The notes under the pieces: generated by a model
Seen by the model: the letters and a program-made list of their open reading frames with translations, nothing else
Database searches by the model: none
What the model was told of the DNA's origin: nothing
Part shown: one piece after another, positions 17,609 to 29,000 of the stretch
Layout: every line of letters begins with the position of its first letter
Position numbering within the stretch: the stretch's first letter is position 1
Made by a program: the position numbers and the translations under genes
Assembly: GCA_964588345.1 (NCBI GenBank)
Contig: CAZPOY010000001.1
Span: forward strand, 1 to 41,025
DNA: 41,025 nt
Direction of reading: 5' to 3'
DNA from: an uncultured Thermoplasmata archaeon
GTDB taxonomy: Archaea; Thermoplasmatota; Thermoplasmata; CAZPOY01

Positions 17609-17962
17609 ATGATGGAAGAAACCAAGAGTGGTAATTTCGGCGAATATGAAATGAGAAGGCTTGTCAACGGAAACCCGGCAGACCTATTATCCCGGACCAA
17701 GACCATGGAGGCCGTCCACATCGTCGTGGAACCGGGGCGAACACTGGGGGAAGCCCAAAAGCACGAAGGCGAGGAATTCAAATACGTTCTCGAAGGGACC
17801 CTGGAGTTCAAGGTGGGCAACGTAAGAAAAATCATAGGCGCCGGCGGCTGGCTTCATCACGATTCGGGAACACCTCATACGGTGACGAACAACACGTCGA
17901 AAAAGGCATCGTACATTTCGGTCTCGGTTCCACCCGGCTGCATGGCCGTCCAGAAGGAATGA
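17609..17962 (+). CDS. Cupin-domain protein
   Basis: 'GEEFKYVLEGTLEFKVGN...AGGWLHHDSGTPHTVTN' has the two-motif cupin pattern. An AT-rich 'aaataatatatc' box (about 17565-17577) lies roughly 35 nt upstream. Confidence 0.6.
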   Translation: MMEETKSGNFGEYEMRRLVNGNPADLLSRTKTMEAVHIVVEPGRTLGEAQKHEGEEFKYVLEGTLEFKVGNVRKIIGAGGWLHHDSGTPHTVTNNTSKKASYISVSVPPGCMAVQKE

Positions 17963-18039
17963 ATGGTCGTCGGCGTAGATGCCCAGGGCTCAAAGAATAG
18001 AAAAATAAGCGGCGAACCGCTTTGGAAAAGGGGGTGTGG

Positions 18040-18177
18040 TCACCCGATTCTGAAGACCTTCGTTCCGCATTTGGGGCATTTTCCCCTCTTGGCGGCCCTT
18101 CCGTTCTTCATCGTGATGGACTCAGGGTCCTTCATGGTAACTTTGTCTTTGCATTTTACGCAATAAGCTTGTACCAT
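18040..18177 (-). CDS. 45-aa zinc-ribbon protein (DUF5679-like); absent from the ORF track
   Basis: My translation of the minus strand gives MVQAYCVKCKDKVTMKDPESITMKNGRAAKRGKCPKCGTKVFRIG*. It has two CxxC knuckles (C6/C9, C34/C37), a layout I recall for the DUF5679 small zinc-ribbon family. Confidence 0.6.
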   Translation of the reverse strand: MVQAYCVKCKDKVTMKDPESITMKNGRAAKRGKCPKCGTKVFRIG

Positions 18178-18210
18178 ATCATTCACCAGAATTGAGTAGC
18201 GAATGACTGG

Positions 18211-18218
18211 TATAAATA
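18211..18218 (-). promoter_or_regulatory. Candidate TATA box for the zinc-ribbon gene
   Basis: The minus strand reads 'tatttata' 34-41 nt upstream of the ATG at 18177. Confidence 0.3.
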
Positions 18219-18319
18219 CCTATGTGGATTTCGTGCTTGGACAGGCAGGTTTTCAAGCGAAACGGTAGTCGTGCAAAGCCATAAGCCAGCCACCATACAT
18301 CTTTGGCAAGGCCGTGCTA

Positions 18320-19711
18320 CTAAGCCGGAACGGGTCCGTCCTGCTTCTTTTCAACGCTCCTTTCCACTTCGTCATGGTCGGGAATCCGGTCTTCTATCTC
18401 CCTGATGTGCTTTACTGAATAAGCCACCAAGGCCACCAAGGTGCCCAGCACGCCTGATATTATGAACATCAGTCCCATGCCTGCACCAGGTCCCGTCCCC
18501 ACGATGACCGATGCCCATTTTGCCGTTGTGCTTCCTCCGAGCATGAATGGTTCGAAAACGTAATCGGCCAGAACGCCGCCCACCAAGGTTCCAAAAGGCG
18601 TCATCACCAGGGCCATCATGAATCTTGCCGAGAACACCTTCCCCTGGATGTCCGGTGGGACCTTGGACTGCCATATTGCTTGAGAGGACCCTCCCGTGAA
18701 GGGTTGGGCGAAGGAAGCCATGAATGCACCCCCAAGCCAAATCATTGTCATCACGCTGGTTCCGCCGATGCCAAGGCCCAAAACGGAATGGCCCAGCAGG
18801 TTGGCTGCGATAATCCCCACGAGGATGCCATTTATCTTCTTTTTGGGACCACCCCACACTGTTAGGACCAAACCGCCCAGGAGACCCCCGGCGCCAAAAG
18901 CCGACATTATCCAACTCAATACCTGGGGGTCGTTGCCCGTCCGAGACATGATCATGGGAACCAAGGTCGTTCCGGCCATGTTGGCAATGAAATTGGTAAT
19001 CATGAAGGTCATCAGGAGGCCCAGAAGGCCGTACCTCTTGAAAATGTACCTGAAACCGAAGAGGCATTCGTTGACGATGCCCTTTCTGCTCTCCAAACCT
19101 TCTTTGGACGTTTCTGGTTCCGGTATCGGGATGAATGCCAGTACCCCTACCGCGAAGGTGAAGGTGAGGATGTCCGCTCCAAGAACGTAAAGGATGCCCA
19201 GGTCGGGAGACCCGAAGGCGTAGAGAAGGGTTCCTGCCAGTATCGGGGCAACGATCATTATGGCTGACGCAGCCATGGAAATCATTCCACTGGCCCTTGC
19301 GTAGTGCTTCTTGGGAACCAGCATCGTCGTGGCAGCGGAATATGCAGGAAATTGAAGTGCGCCAAAAGCCCCGGCGAAAGCCCCGGTAATGTAAAGGTGC
19401 CATATTTCTAGGTTCCCCGATAGAAAGAGTATGAATACAACTATACTGGACAAACCCGCTGCCAGGTCCGACGTTATCATTACCATTTTGCGATTCAAAC
19501 GGTCCACAAGGGCACCTGCAACGGGGCTCAGTATCACCTGAGGGAGGAAGCTGAAAAAACCCACCAGGGCCAGGGACGTAGCTCTGCCTGTCACGGAGAA
19601 TGCCCAGAACATCAGGGCGAAATACACCATGTTGGACCCGAGCATCGATACGACCTGGCCAACCCAGACGAGGGCAAAAAGGAACAATCCGTTCTTTTCT
19701 TTGCCGCTCAT
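18320..19711 (-). CDS. MFS transporter (12-14 TM, EntS/MFS_3-like)
   Basis: Hydrophobic throughout. The loop 2-3 motif 'GALVDRLNRKMVM' is the MFS signature G-x3-D-R-x-G-R-K type. A strong 'aggaggtga' sits 6 nt upstream of the ATG. Confidence 0.85.
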   Translation of the reverse strand: MSGKEKNGLFLFALVWVGQVVSMLGSNMVYFALMFWAFSVTGRATSLALVGFFSFLPQVILSPVAGALVDRLNRKMVMITSDLAAGLSSIVVFILFLSGNLEIWHLYITGAFAGAFGALQFPAYSAATTMLVPKKHYARASGMISMAASAIMIVAPILAGTLLYAFGSPDLGILYVLGADILTFTFAVGVLAFIPIPEPETSKEGLESRKGIVNECLFGFRYIFKRYGLLGLLMTFMITNFIANMAGTTLVPMIMSRTGNDPQVLSWIMSAFGAGGLLGGLVLTVWGGPKKKINGILVGIIAANLLGHSVLGLGIGGTSVMTMIWLGGAFMASFAQPFTGGSSQAIWQSKVPPDIQGKVFSARFMMALVMTPFGTLVGGVLADYVFEPFMLGGSTTAKWASVIVGTGPGAGMGLMFIISGVLGTLVALVAYSVKHIREIEDRIPDHDEVERSVEKKQDGPVPA

Positions 19712-19826
19712 GAGTTCACCTCCTGAAAAGGAGAAAGGGGTAGTTCCCGCAATTTTTTCGGGAAGGTTCGATTCTTGTCTGCACTTTTCTCATTTCATTC
19801 ACCTTCCAATACTCTTTTTCATTGGT

Positions 19827-19907
19827 TCACTCGGTCTTTTTCGAGGCATTCTTTTTCTGCATCATCTTTTTCATGGTTTTCATGGTCATCATGGGGGTTG
19901 GGTTCAT
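19827..19907 (-). CDS. Possible 26-aa Met/Lys-rich leader mini-ORF upstream of the MFS gene
   Basis: The minus strand translates to MNPTPMMTMKTMKKMMQKKNASKKTE* (7 Met, 7 Lys). It starts 31 nt downstream of a canonical 'tttatata' box and ends 115 nt before the MFS ATG. Confidence 0.25.
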   Translation of the reverse strand: MNPTPMMTMKTMKKMMQKKNASKKTE

Positions 19908-19938
19908 TTTTTTTCACCAATTGTCCTAATGACCCCGG

Positions 19939-19946
19939 TATATAAA
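19939..19946 (-). promoter_or_regulatory. Candidate archaeal TATA box (TTTATATA) for the mini-ORF/MFS transcript
   Basis: The plus strand 'tatataaa' equals minus-strand 'tttatata'. Its spacing to the mini-ORF ATG fits a short-leader transcript. Confidence 0.35.
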
Positions 19947-20060
19947 CCGGCTATTCAAAAAGGGAAGTTGCCTAATGCAAAAAAATGGGAAAATGAATCA
20001 ACATTGAGGTTGTTTGGTCAACTTTCGGGTGGAAAAAGTCTTGCCGGGGAATCAGGCCTT

Positions 20061-20546
20061 TCACGGCGCATCATTCTTTTTGCGGTAAAACGCCAATCCT
20101 GTGGTTGTGATTGCAAGTGGGATTCCCATGTACATGAAGCAGAAGGGGCAGCAGGCCCCGCAAACGTTGCCGGACTTTTCGTACTTGTCCCCATTGACGT
20201 ATACCTCTGAGTAGAAGGATTCGAACTCGTAATCCATTTGGGACCAGTCCGAAGCACCCTCGTCCTTGATGCATATCTGGTCTTCCTCCACCTTCCATTC
20301 GAAGGTTCCTTCGGTGGTGGTCGTAGTGCTTCCGTAATCCCACTCCGTGACGCTGGTTCCTTCCCCGCCCACTTCAAACACCATGGTTATCTTATAGTCG
20401 CCAAGGGCGTTGCTGTCATGGAGGGTCCATTCGCCCAGAAAAAAATAGTAATCAGCAGGGCCGGCGTCTGCCGTCTGCACGGCAAATGACGTTGAGGAAA
20501 CAATCAGAAGGAGAGACATTGCAATAAGGGAAGTTCTCAGCCACAT
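20061..20546 (-). CDS. Secreted hypothetical protein with a Cys-rich C-terminal membrane anchor
   Basis: The start is set at 'MWLRTSLIAMSLLLIVSSTSFAVQTADA' (signal peptide). The C-terminus is 'NVCGACCPFCFMYMGIPLAITTTGLAFYRKK'. Confidence 0.5.
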   Translation of the reverse strand: MWLRTSLIAMSLLLIVSSTSFAVQTADAGPADYYFFLGEWTLHDSNALGDYKITMVFEVGGEGTSVTEWDYGSTTTTTEGTFEWKVEEDQICIKDEGASDWSQMDYEFESFYSEVYVNGDKYEKSGNVCGACCPFCFMYMGIPLAITTTGLAFYRKKNDAP

Positions 20547-20633
20547 GTGAATGCAATCTTCTTTCTTCTTTTTAACTTTTTCATCGGCGCACATTTCAAG
20601 TACGAGTTTTGCCATTGAACTTTGGCGACGACC

Positions 20634-22391
20634 ATGAGATGGAATTTGAAGAACCTATACGAATCATTCGACTCACCCGAATTTGAAAAAGACCTGCAGC
20701 GGCTGGACGAACTTGTGAAGGACCTTGATGAATGGACGAAGAAAAACCTAAGCGACGATAAGGACCCCGAAAGCAAGATAAGTACGTTTTTGAAGAAGGA
20801 AAAAGAACTCATGACCACCCTTTACAAAATATATTCCTTCGCACATCTGTCCATGGCCGTGGACACCCGGAACGCAACGGCCAAGCAGGTGATGGAGAAG
20901 GTCGAGGGGAAGGAATCGGAGATGAAGCCGGCCGGCGTGCGCTTTCAGCGATGGGTCAGCGAATTGGGAGACACAGCTAACTTAGAACAGACGGGCATAA
21001 TCGCCGAGCATCAATTTTACCTTCAGGAAGAAGTGGAAAAGTCACAATATCTGCTCCCCGAAGAGGTCGAAGTGACCATTGCCCAGATGAGGAATACGGG
21101 CTCGCTGGCTTGGAGGAAACTATGGCAGGTATCCACTAGCACCCTCATGATAGACGTGGAGGTCCAAGGCGAAAGAAAGAGACTGCCACTTCCGGCCGTT
21201 AGAAACCTTGCATACAGTCCCGACCCGGCCACGAGAAGAAAAGGATATGACGCGGAGTTGGCTTCATACATCCTCATAGAGGATTCAACGTCGGCGGCCC
21301 TCAACGGCATCAAAGGCGAATCCATGATGCTCTCGAAAAAGCGCGGATATGACTCGATGCTCCAAGAAACGCTTTTGAAATCCCGGCTGGACCAGGAAAC
21401 CCTGGATGCCATGCTTTCAGCCATGCGGGAGAGTCTCCCCAGTTTCCGCAAATACTACCGGAAGAAGGCCAAATTGCTGGGGCATGCCAACGGGCTCCCC
21501 TTCTACGACCTCTTTGCACCCATGGGCGAAGGGGAGATGAGCTTCTCCCTTGACGAAGCGAGGAAATTCATCGTATCCCGTTTCCGCTCGTTCAGCGACG
21601 AACTGGCCGAGTTTTGCGACAATGCCTTTGAGAAACGATGGATAGACGCTGACCCCCGTGAAGGCAAGCTTGGAGGGGCCTTCTGCCTGAACATTCATCC
21701 CATTGGGGAGAGCAGGGTTCTAGCCAACTACACCGAGAGCTTCGACAGCATGACGACCCTCGCACACGAACTGGGCCATGCGTATCACGGACACTGCCTG
21801 AAGGACGTTTCCATACTCAATGCAAGCTATACGATGCCCGTGGCCGAAACGGCGTCGATATTCAACGAAACGGTTGTGGTGAGCGCGGCCCTGTCTCAAG
21901 CAACCGAAGAGGAGAAGGTGACCATACTTGAGAACCAACTATCAAGCGCTGGTCAGGTCATCGTCGACATATATAGCCGTTATCTATTCGAGACGGAGCT
22001 TTTCAATAGGCGGGAGAACGGTTCTCTGTCGGTAAACGAACTCAAGGAGATCATGCTTGATGCCCAGAAGAAGGCCTACGGCGACGGCCTGGACCACGAA
22101 TACCTGCATCCGTACATGTGGGCCAACAAACCGCATTATTATTATCCGACGCTGAACTTCTACAACTTCCCATACGCCTTTGGCCTTCTATTTGGAAAAG
22201 GGGTTTATGCGAAATACCTGGAGATGGGCGATGAATTCTTGCCCCAGTACAAGAACCTGCTCCGGGAGACGGGGAAGAGAAAAGTGGCTGACGTTGCCAA
22301 GCTCATGGACATAGACGTGCATGACAAGGCATTCTGGAAGCAATCTCTGGGCATAATCGAGAAGGACATAGAGAACTTTGAGAAGATGTGA
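20634..22391 (+). CDS. pepF: M3B family oligoendopeptidase F
   Basis: 'TLAHELGHAYH' (HExxH) with a downstream 'ETASIFNE' Glu ligand block. The length (~585 aa) is typical. The ATG at 20634 is preferred over the TTG at 20622. Confidence 0.85.
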   Translation: MRWNLKNLYESFDSPEFEKDLQRLDELVKDLDEWTKKNLSDDKDPESKISTFLKKEKELMTTLYKIYSFAHLSMAVDTRNATAKQVMEKVEGKESEMKPAGVRFQRWVSELGDTANLEQTGIIAEHQFYLQEEVEKSQYLLPEEVEVTIAQMRNTGSLAWRKLWQVSTSTLMIDVEVQGERKRLPLPAVRNLAYSPDPATRRKGYDAELASYILIEDSTSAALNGIKGESMMLSKKRGYDSMLQETLLKSRLDQETLDAMLSAMRESLPSFRKYYRKKAKLLGHANGLPFYDLFAPMGEGEMSFSLDEARKFIVSRFRSFSDELAEFCDNAFEKRWIDADPREGKLGGAFCLNIHPIGESRVLANYTESFDSMTTLAHELGHAYHGHCLKDVSILNASYTMPVAETASIFNETVVVSAALSQATEEEKVTILENQLSSAGQVIVDIYSRYLFETELFNRRENGSLSVNELKEIMLDAQKKAYGDGLDHEYLHPYMWANKPHYYYPTLNFYNFPYAFGLLFGKGVYAKYLEMGDEFLPQYKNLLRETGKRKVADVAKLMDIDVHDKAFWKQSLGIIEKDIENFEKM

Positions 22392-22455
22392 GACCCGAAA
22401 AGAAGGTGTACGCATCTGGAAAAATCTTCAAGGTGAATTCTTGTCGCTGGCACTT

Positions 22456-22926
22456 CTAGCTGAAATGATGGTTCAAAAGCCCCTCGGCCGTCTTCCTGAA
22501 GGCCCTTGATACGCCGCCCACCCCCAGTTTCGTCCCGCCAAACACTCTCGATATCACGAGGACGTGGGAATCCAGTTCCCGCTTTTCCATTGATTGAAGT
22601 ATGACCCTGCCGGGCCTACCCACTTCACCATCGTCGTCGAATTTCACGTCCCCTTGGAAAATCATGCCCCAGCAGTGGTGGTTGGCCTTGCCGTACTCTT
22701 TGTGGTGCTTCTCCAAAATGGCCTCCGGTTCGTCGGGAGAAGCAATCAGGTAAAGGTGAGCGTAGAAACGTGAGTTTTTCTCCACGAATTTTCCCGCTGA
22801 AAGTTCTTCCATGGCTTTCCGTACTGGCAGGCATCTGATAAATCTTGTCCAATGCGTCTCCTCCGCACCCCCCCCAAGGATGCAGATGATTGCCGGTCTT
22901 GGCACGGAAAAGAGGTCTAGACGCAT
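22456..22926 (-). CDS. YigZ/IMPACT (UPF0029) family protein, N-terminal domain only
   Basis: 'EKNSRFYAHL', 'ANHHCWGMIF', 'DDDGEVGRPGRVIL' and 'VLVISRVFGGTKLGVGGVSRAF' follow the conserved YigZ blocks. The start could instead be Met at 22812. Confidence 0.7.
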   Translation of the reverse strand: MRLDLFSVPRPAIICILGGGAEETHWTRFIRCLPVRKAMEELSAGKFVEKNSRFYAHLYLIASPDEPEAILEKHHKEYGKANHHCWGMIFQGDVKFDDDGEVGRPGRVILQSMEKRELDSHVLVISRVFGGTKLGVGGVSRAFRKTAEGLLNHHFS

Positions 22927-23025
22927 CGTTTAGAGAACGGGAAAAAGGGAGAAAGGCCATTCCGAAAGTAAAAATATGGGTAAGGATAATGGCCAATCGG
23001 TCTTTTGAGACCGTGGGGAATAAAG

Positions 23026-26000
23026 ATGTACAAAAATGTGAGAGTGTTGAACATAACAGCATGTATCGTTGTCATATTGTTCTTAGCAACGTTGGCCGGA
23101 GCGGGTTCCAACTCACTTGGCGAAACGTATGACCATCAGGATACGGCCCTATTACCAATATACAATCCATCAACGGGTGTGTATTATGACAGTTTTTCAA
23201 ATGCCTTGGCAGATGCGTCTTCGGGAGATACCTTGGTTGTCAGTCATGGCACGTTCAATGAGAACCTGGTCATAGATGGCATTGAGATGAACGTCGAAGA
23301 CTCATCGTTTTCACTGGTGGGAGACATTTCCATCAAGAACGGTGGCGTTTTGAACGTCGACCCTACCTACGTCAATCTAACCGGAAACATCTGGGTAGGA
23401 GCAGGTGAGCTAAACATTACGGACAACACCGTGGTCCAGATAAACTCCTCTTATGACGGTGAATTCGGCATCCAGGTGAACGCCACCGGTGAGATGTACG
23501 TTCAAAACGGGAGCGTCATCAGGTCTGGAACGGCATTTAATTACGGTTTTGTCGCCCTGGATAATTCCGTTCTTCACATAACAAATTCAACGATTTCCGA
23601 TTGCGGGTGGAATGATGCAAACCCCGGAATCCACACATTCACCAACGATGTTCTCTTTCAAGATTCGACCATAACCAACTCCTACAATGGCCTGACCATT
23701 GAAAATTATGAGGGTTATTCTGACCCTTCCCTTGCCGCATGGTACAGAATGGATGAAGAGCAATTGACCGGGGCCGGAGAAGAAGTGAAGGACTCTTCTG
23801 GAAATGGAAACAATGGCACATCTTTTGGAGGTGTGGAAATCGTAGATGGCTATGCAGGAAGAGGATACCGCTTCAATGGCGGTCAGCAGGTACAAATCCC
23901 TTATGATGCATCAATCAACATATACGACACGCTCACAGTGTCCTTGTGGGTAAAACCCGATTCCCATACCGACCAGAAGATTGTGACCAAATCCATAAGC
24001 ACTACTTCCGGATTCATACTGGGGATCAGTTCGTCAGGTGAACTCTATCCCGAAGTCTGGGACACAGGTGGGGCCCGATACTCCTTTGAAGCGGGACATG
24101 TTCCCATCGGCGAATGGTCGCATGTGGTTTTCACCTGGGAAACGGGAAACCAGATGGCGGGATATATTAACGGTCAGCAAGTAGACGCCGTTGCCAATGG
24201 AGCAAACAACATCGGCCTTACTTCTACCGAACACATGAGATTGGGGACGACATCCTGGGGCGGTCACTATTATGATGGAGACATGGACGATGTGAGAATT
24301 TACAATAGGGTTATGACTCCTGCTGAGATAAACGCAACTTATATGAATGATAATTCGGATTATTTCGGTGGACCGATTGTAAAGAATGTCACGGTTTCCA
24401 ACTGCAACATAGGCATGGAATCGGTATATTCTACGGGTTTTCAAGTGTTGAATTCCAATTTCTCCGACAATTTGCAAGGATTGAACATAATCGGAAGTTC
24501 TTTCGTGAACATTGAAGAAAGCACAATCTCGAATCTTGCACCATCCAACCCCGTTTACAATTACCGGCTCGACGAAGAATACGAGAATGCTTGGTGGGAC
24601 CCCGTCGAAGACAGTTCAGGAAATGGGTATGATGGGTACTATGTTGGCAGCAGCGGACCTGGAATCAAGGGGAATTCCTTTGAATGCGACGGGAGTTCAG
24701 GTCAAATTTACATTCCCAACGATGTGGGAATGGACATAACCGGCGATTTCACCATCGAAGCATGGTTTTACCTTAATGAAACCGGCAGGGACCAGTTCAT
24801 AATCAGCAAAGGACATACGGGAGACCCCGAGGATACGACATACGAGATATACGTCAATTCAACGAACTTCATCAAGTTCGGATATGAATACGGTGGCGGT
24901 ACGAATGCATTGATGCTCAATTCCACAGACCCCGTTTCAATGGGAAAATGGTACCACGTCGCAGTGGTTCAGAACGGCCTCACATCTGAGCTATATGTCA
25001 ATGGGGAGTTCAACAACTCCGTTGGACAGGTTAGCATACCTGGAAACAACAACAGGAACATTGACATCGGAGCAAGGTACAACGGAGCCGCTGGGGGTAT
25101 TACTGATTTCTTCAACGGATACATCGACGAAGTGAGGATGTACCACGAAGCGCTGACTCCGAGCCAAATTGCGGTTCACGCTCAACCGATTAGCGGAGCC
25201 ATGGTCCTGGATTCTTCGGTGGGCGTCATTCTGGAAAAATGCACCATGGCCGATGAGAATGTTGGTGCTTATCTCTTGAACGGTTCTCAAGTTGAATCCT
25301 ATAATGGTTCTTTCAGTGCATACTCACCCTTCGGGCTGGAAAATGGGTCTGACGCATATTCTCTCAACAACACCGGCGAAGTGGATGCAGTGTATCAAGA
25401 CGATGCGTCAACGCTGACCGTGGACAATTATCTCAACGTATATGTTCATGATGGCACGGGGCCCATCATCGCAGACGTTTATTCTTACGACCAGCAAAAA
25501 AACCTTGAATTGCTGGGAACGACGGATGCGACGGGATGGCTCAACGGCACAATTATGAATTATTACACCGACGATGGAAGCAATAGGACTTATTCCACGC
25601 CACACAACATATATGCAGATGATCTTAGCCCGTATTATGGCTCAGCAACAGTAAATATGAGCTCCAGTCAAACGGTTTACATAAATAATACCGTTTCTAA
25701 AGTCACAAATGTAAACAAAGCCGTATCTTATCCTGGCATTCAATTGGCCGTTGATGATGCGGATGATTATGATGAAATTTTGGTACACGTTGGAAATGTA
25801 GAGGAAAATGTAATCGTGGACAGGCCCCTGGAAATCCACGGCGATGGTTCCGACAAGACCAACGTAAATGGAGGAGGCACGGGACCCGTATTTACAATTG
25901 AAGCCGATAGAGTATTTCTAAACCGTATGAACATCACCAACACAGGTACAGGCAATTACGGCGTGCTGGCTCACAACATGAGCTTCGGGATATCCTACAA

Positions 26001-29000
26001 CACGTTTTATGTAGAGGACGACGCCGTGGCCATTAACGTCTCATTCAACGGCACCGGAGATGTGTATATCCCACAGACAACTTTCTACGACAATGATTTC
26101 AATGGGACCGGAGGAATCCGCGTCCACCGTTTTCAGGTTGAAAATCTTCTCCCCGGGTCCGATGTCACCCTCGAACCCATCAACGTCTGGATGAACGAGT
26201 TCAACGTGAATACCTTTGCAGCCGTCAATTTTGGGTCCATGCAGATCAGGGACCTTGACGGCGGCCTGGTTTCTCTCAACCGGTTTTCGGCCATGGGAAA
26301 CGTGATTGACAACCAGGGCGGAGACGGCATATTATTCAATTACGACATGCGCAACCTGCACGATGTAGGGGTCTTGAATGACGGTGCGGAGATATACGGC
26401 AACAAAATAAACGTCTCGAGATACGGCATGCTCATTGGTTACGAAGAAATGAAGGATTTCACGGGAAGCACCGCCGTTTTCGTGGGAGAGGTGGAAATCG
26501 TGGATAATTTCGTGACTTCAGGCGGCCTTGGAATATCCCTGTCCCATAGCGATTATGAAGATTATTATGATGACGCCCGTGCAACCATACTGGACCAGAC
26601 CATATTCAACAACACAGTTGATGCTGGAAACCGGGGCATCTACCTGGATTATTATGACCAGGGGGCTGACCTTTTCCACAACTCTCAGTTCAGCATGGGT
26701 ACAACTTTGGTTGCAAACAACACGGTTACGAGCTCTGGTGCGTCCGTTGAACTATATGGTGATTATCGAGCGAGCAACATGCATGATTTCAGCAGCGTTT
26801 CTCTTGGTCCGGTAAACATTTGGAACAACTCCGTCAACTCATCCAACCAGGAAGGCATTTGCCTGGACATGATGTCAAACGGTTATCAGCTCTACGACCG
26901 GTCTAATGCGGAAATTGGCAAAATGTCAATCATGTATAACGACATAGAAGCCGATTTCACGGGGATTCGGTTCCAGGACTGCGACCGCTGGGGACAAGAC
27001 CTCCACAATAACGCATCCGTGAATATCGCTGGATGGACCGTTCATGAAAATACCATATACTCGCATACCTCCCGTGGCATAGATTTCGAAGTGAACCCCA
27101 TCTTTAGGTATCACTACGACGATTCCATCTCCTACATGGGGGATATATTGGTTACCGACAATGTTGTGAATGCATCGGACAGCGGAATTGAATTTCAAAT
27201 AGATTATCTCGGCAGAACCCTGGAGGACAACTCCATCACAACCTTTGGCGATATTTTGGTATTGCGAAACAACGTCATTTCCCGTGCCGAGGAAGGAATA
27301 TACTTCGACGGCTTCGACGGCTGGGGCCAGTTCCTTGAAGAAAATGCCGTTCTCGAGAGCGGGGACATCGTCGTCGAGAAAAATACCGTTGATTCGGCTC
27401 TCTACGGCATCTATTACCGTGATTTTTATAATTTCGGTGCCGACAACGAGGATTATTCTTCCTACACGATGGGAAGCATGATAACGGACAACAATACGAT
27501 TGTGAGCGGTGACATAGGCATATACGTCAGGAACCTGCACCAATTCGGATATAGCTGTGATTTCCCCTCGGAAAGCACCTTCTGGATGGGGGATTTTTCA
27601 TTCTGTGGTAACACCATCGATTCGAATTCTGATGGCATGAAGGTTGAAATCAACGAAATGGGACACCGTTTGCAAGACGGTTCCCAGGCACGGTTTGGCA
27701 ATTTCCTATTCGACGACAATCACATCGTTTCGACAGGCGGTAACGGCATCAACCTGAACGACTGGCATACCATCGGTTCGGACCTGTCGGAAGATTCATC
27801 GGTAAGAATCGGGGATGTCTCCGTCAGCAGGAACAACGTCACGGCCTTCACCTTTGCCATAACCATGAATTTTTGGAGCGACTTTGGCTCGGACATGAAC
27901 GGCACTTCTTCTTTTGCAATGGGAGAGGTCTCAGTATGTGAAAATGCAATATGGAACCATTCCGCGGGTGCCATAAGAAATAGCATGCGACGGCTTGGTG
28001 CTTACATGTACGGACAGACCCAGGTATCCACGGGAATCTGGAATTACAGCGGAAACGACATCATGGCAGGTAGTGGCGATGGCATTGAGGTTGGATTTAT
28101 CCAGTGCGGATACCGGATGTACGAACAGTCGCGGTTTAACATGAAGGACGTGACCATCCTTGGCAACACGGTAAACGTTTCCGATGCAGGAATTATTTTG
28201 TACTTGCGTGAATGCTCGTATCAGACCCGGGGTTCGTCCCGACTCTCGTTTGGCAGCTTCCTGGTCAATGAAAACGACGTTCACACCGATGACGATGGCA
28301 TCTATTCAGGCGGTTCGAGTTACATCGGATACGGCATGAAGGACAAGTCCTCAGCTGTCTTTGGTGATTTTGAAATCAACAACAACACCGTCAATACGAG
28401 TGTAAGTGGTTTAACCGGGATAACCTTAGACATGAACTATGTAGCCAACGAGTTTTACGGCGACGCATCCATGTTCATGGGCCATTGCCAGATAAACGAC
28501 AATGATGTCACATCCAACGACAATAAAGGCATTTACGTTGAAAGTTTCAACAATGTTGCCAATTACATGTACGTGAACAGCCGCTTCCACATGGAAAACT
28601 TCGAGGTTTGCAGGAACGACGTCTATTCCAACCATTCTGGCATTTACCTGGGCAACGCAACCTACCTAGCTTATGAGATGTACGATTCTTCCCGGGCCGA
28701 TTTCGGAAGCTTCCTATTCAACTGGAACCACATTGAGAGTAACAGTTTCGGCCTCCGCACATACAACATACGGCATCTGGCCGACGAAATGTACGACCTT
28801 TCCCAAGCGCATTTCGGCGATTTCGAGTACAACAACAATTCGGTGAGTTCCACGGATAGCGCTCTGCACATAAAATATATATACTATTGGGGAACGGACC
28901 TCTACGGTTCCAACAACGTGACCTTCGGACACGTTCAGATGAATGACAACTACCTGAATTCATCAAACGACGGGTTGTACCTCTATTATTTCTACGACAT

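Noticed and set aside
17963-18166. The listed 67-aa plus-strand ORF.
   Set aside because: It is the antisense shadow of the 45-aa zinc-ribbon gene (18040-18177, minus strand), which has conserved CxxC pairs and an upstream TATA box. The plus-strand product has no features.
18372-19403. The 343-aa minus-strand ORF in an alternative frame inside the MFS gene.
   Set aside because: It has an Arg/Gly/Pro/His-rich low-complexity translation typical of an off-frame read of a GC-rich membrane-protein gene. The overlapping 463-aa frame has clear MFS motifs and hydrophobic periodicity.
19629-20210. The 193-aa plus-strand ORF spanning the MFS/secreted-protein intergenic region.
   Set aside because: It overlaps the 5' end of the MFS gene and the 3' end of the 20061-20546 gene on the opposite strand. 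It crosses the TATA-containing intergenic region and has no recognisable motifs.
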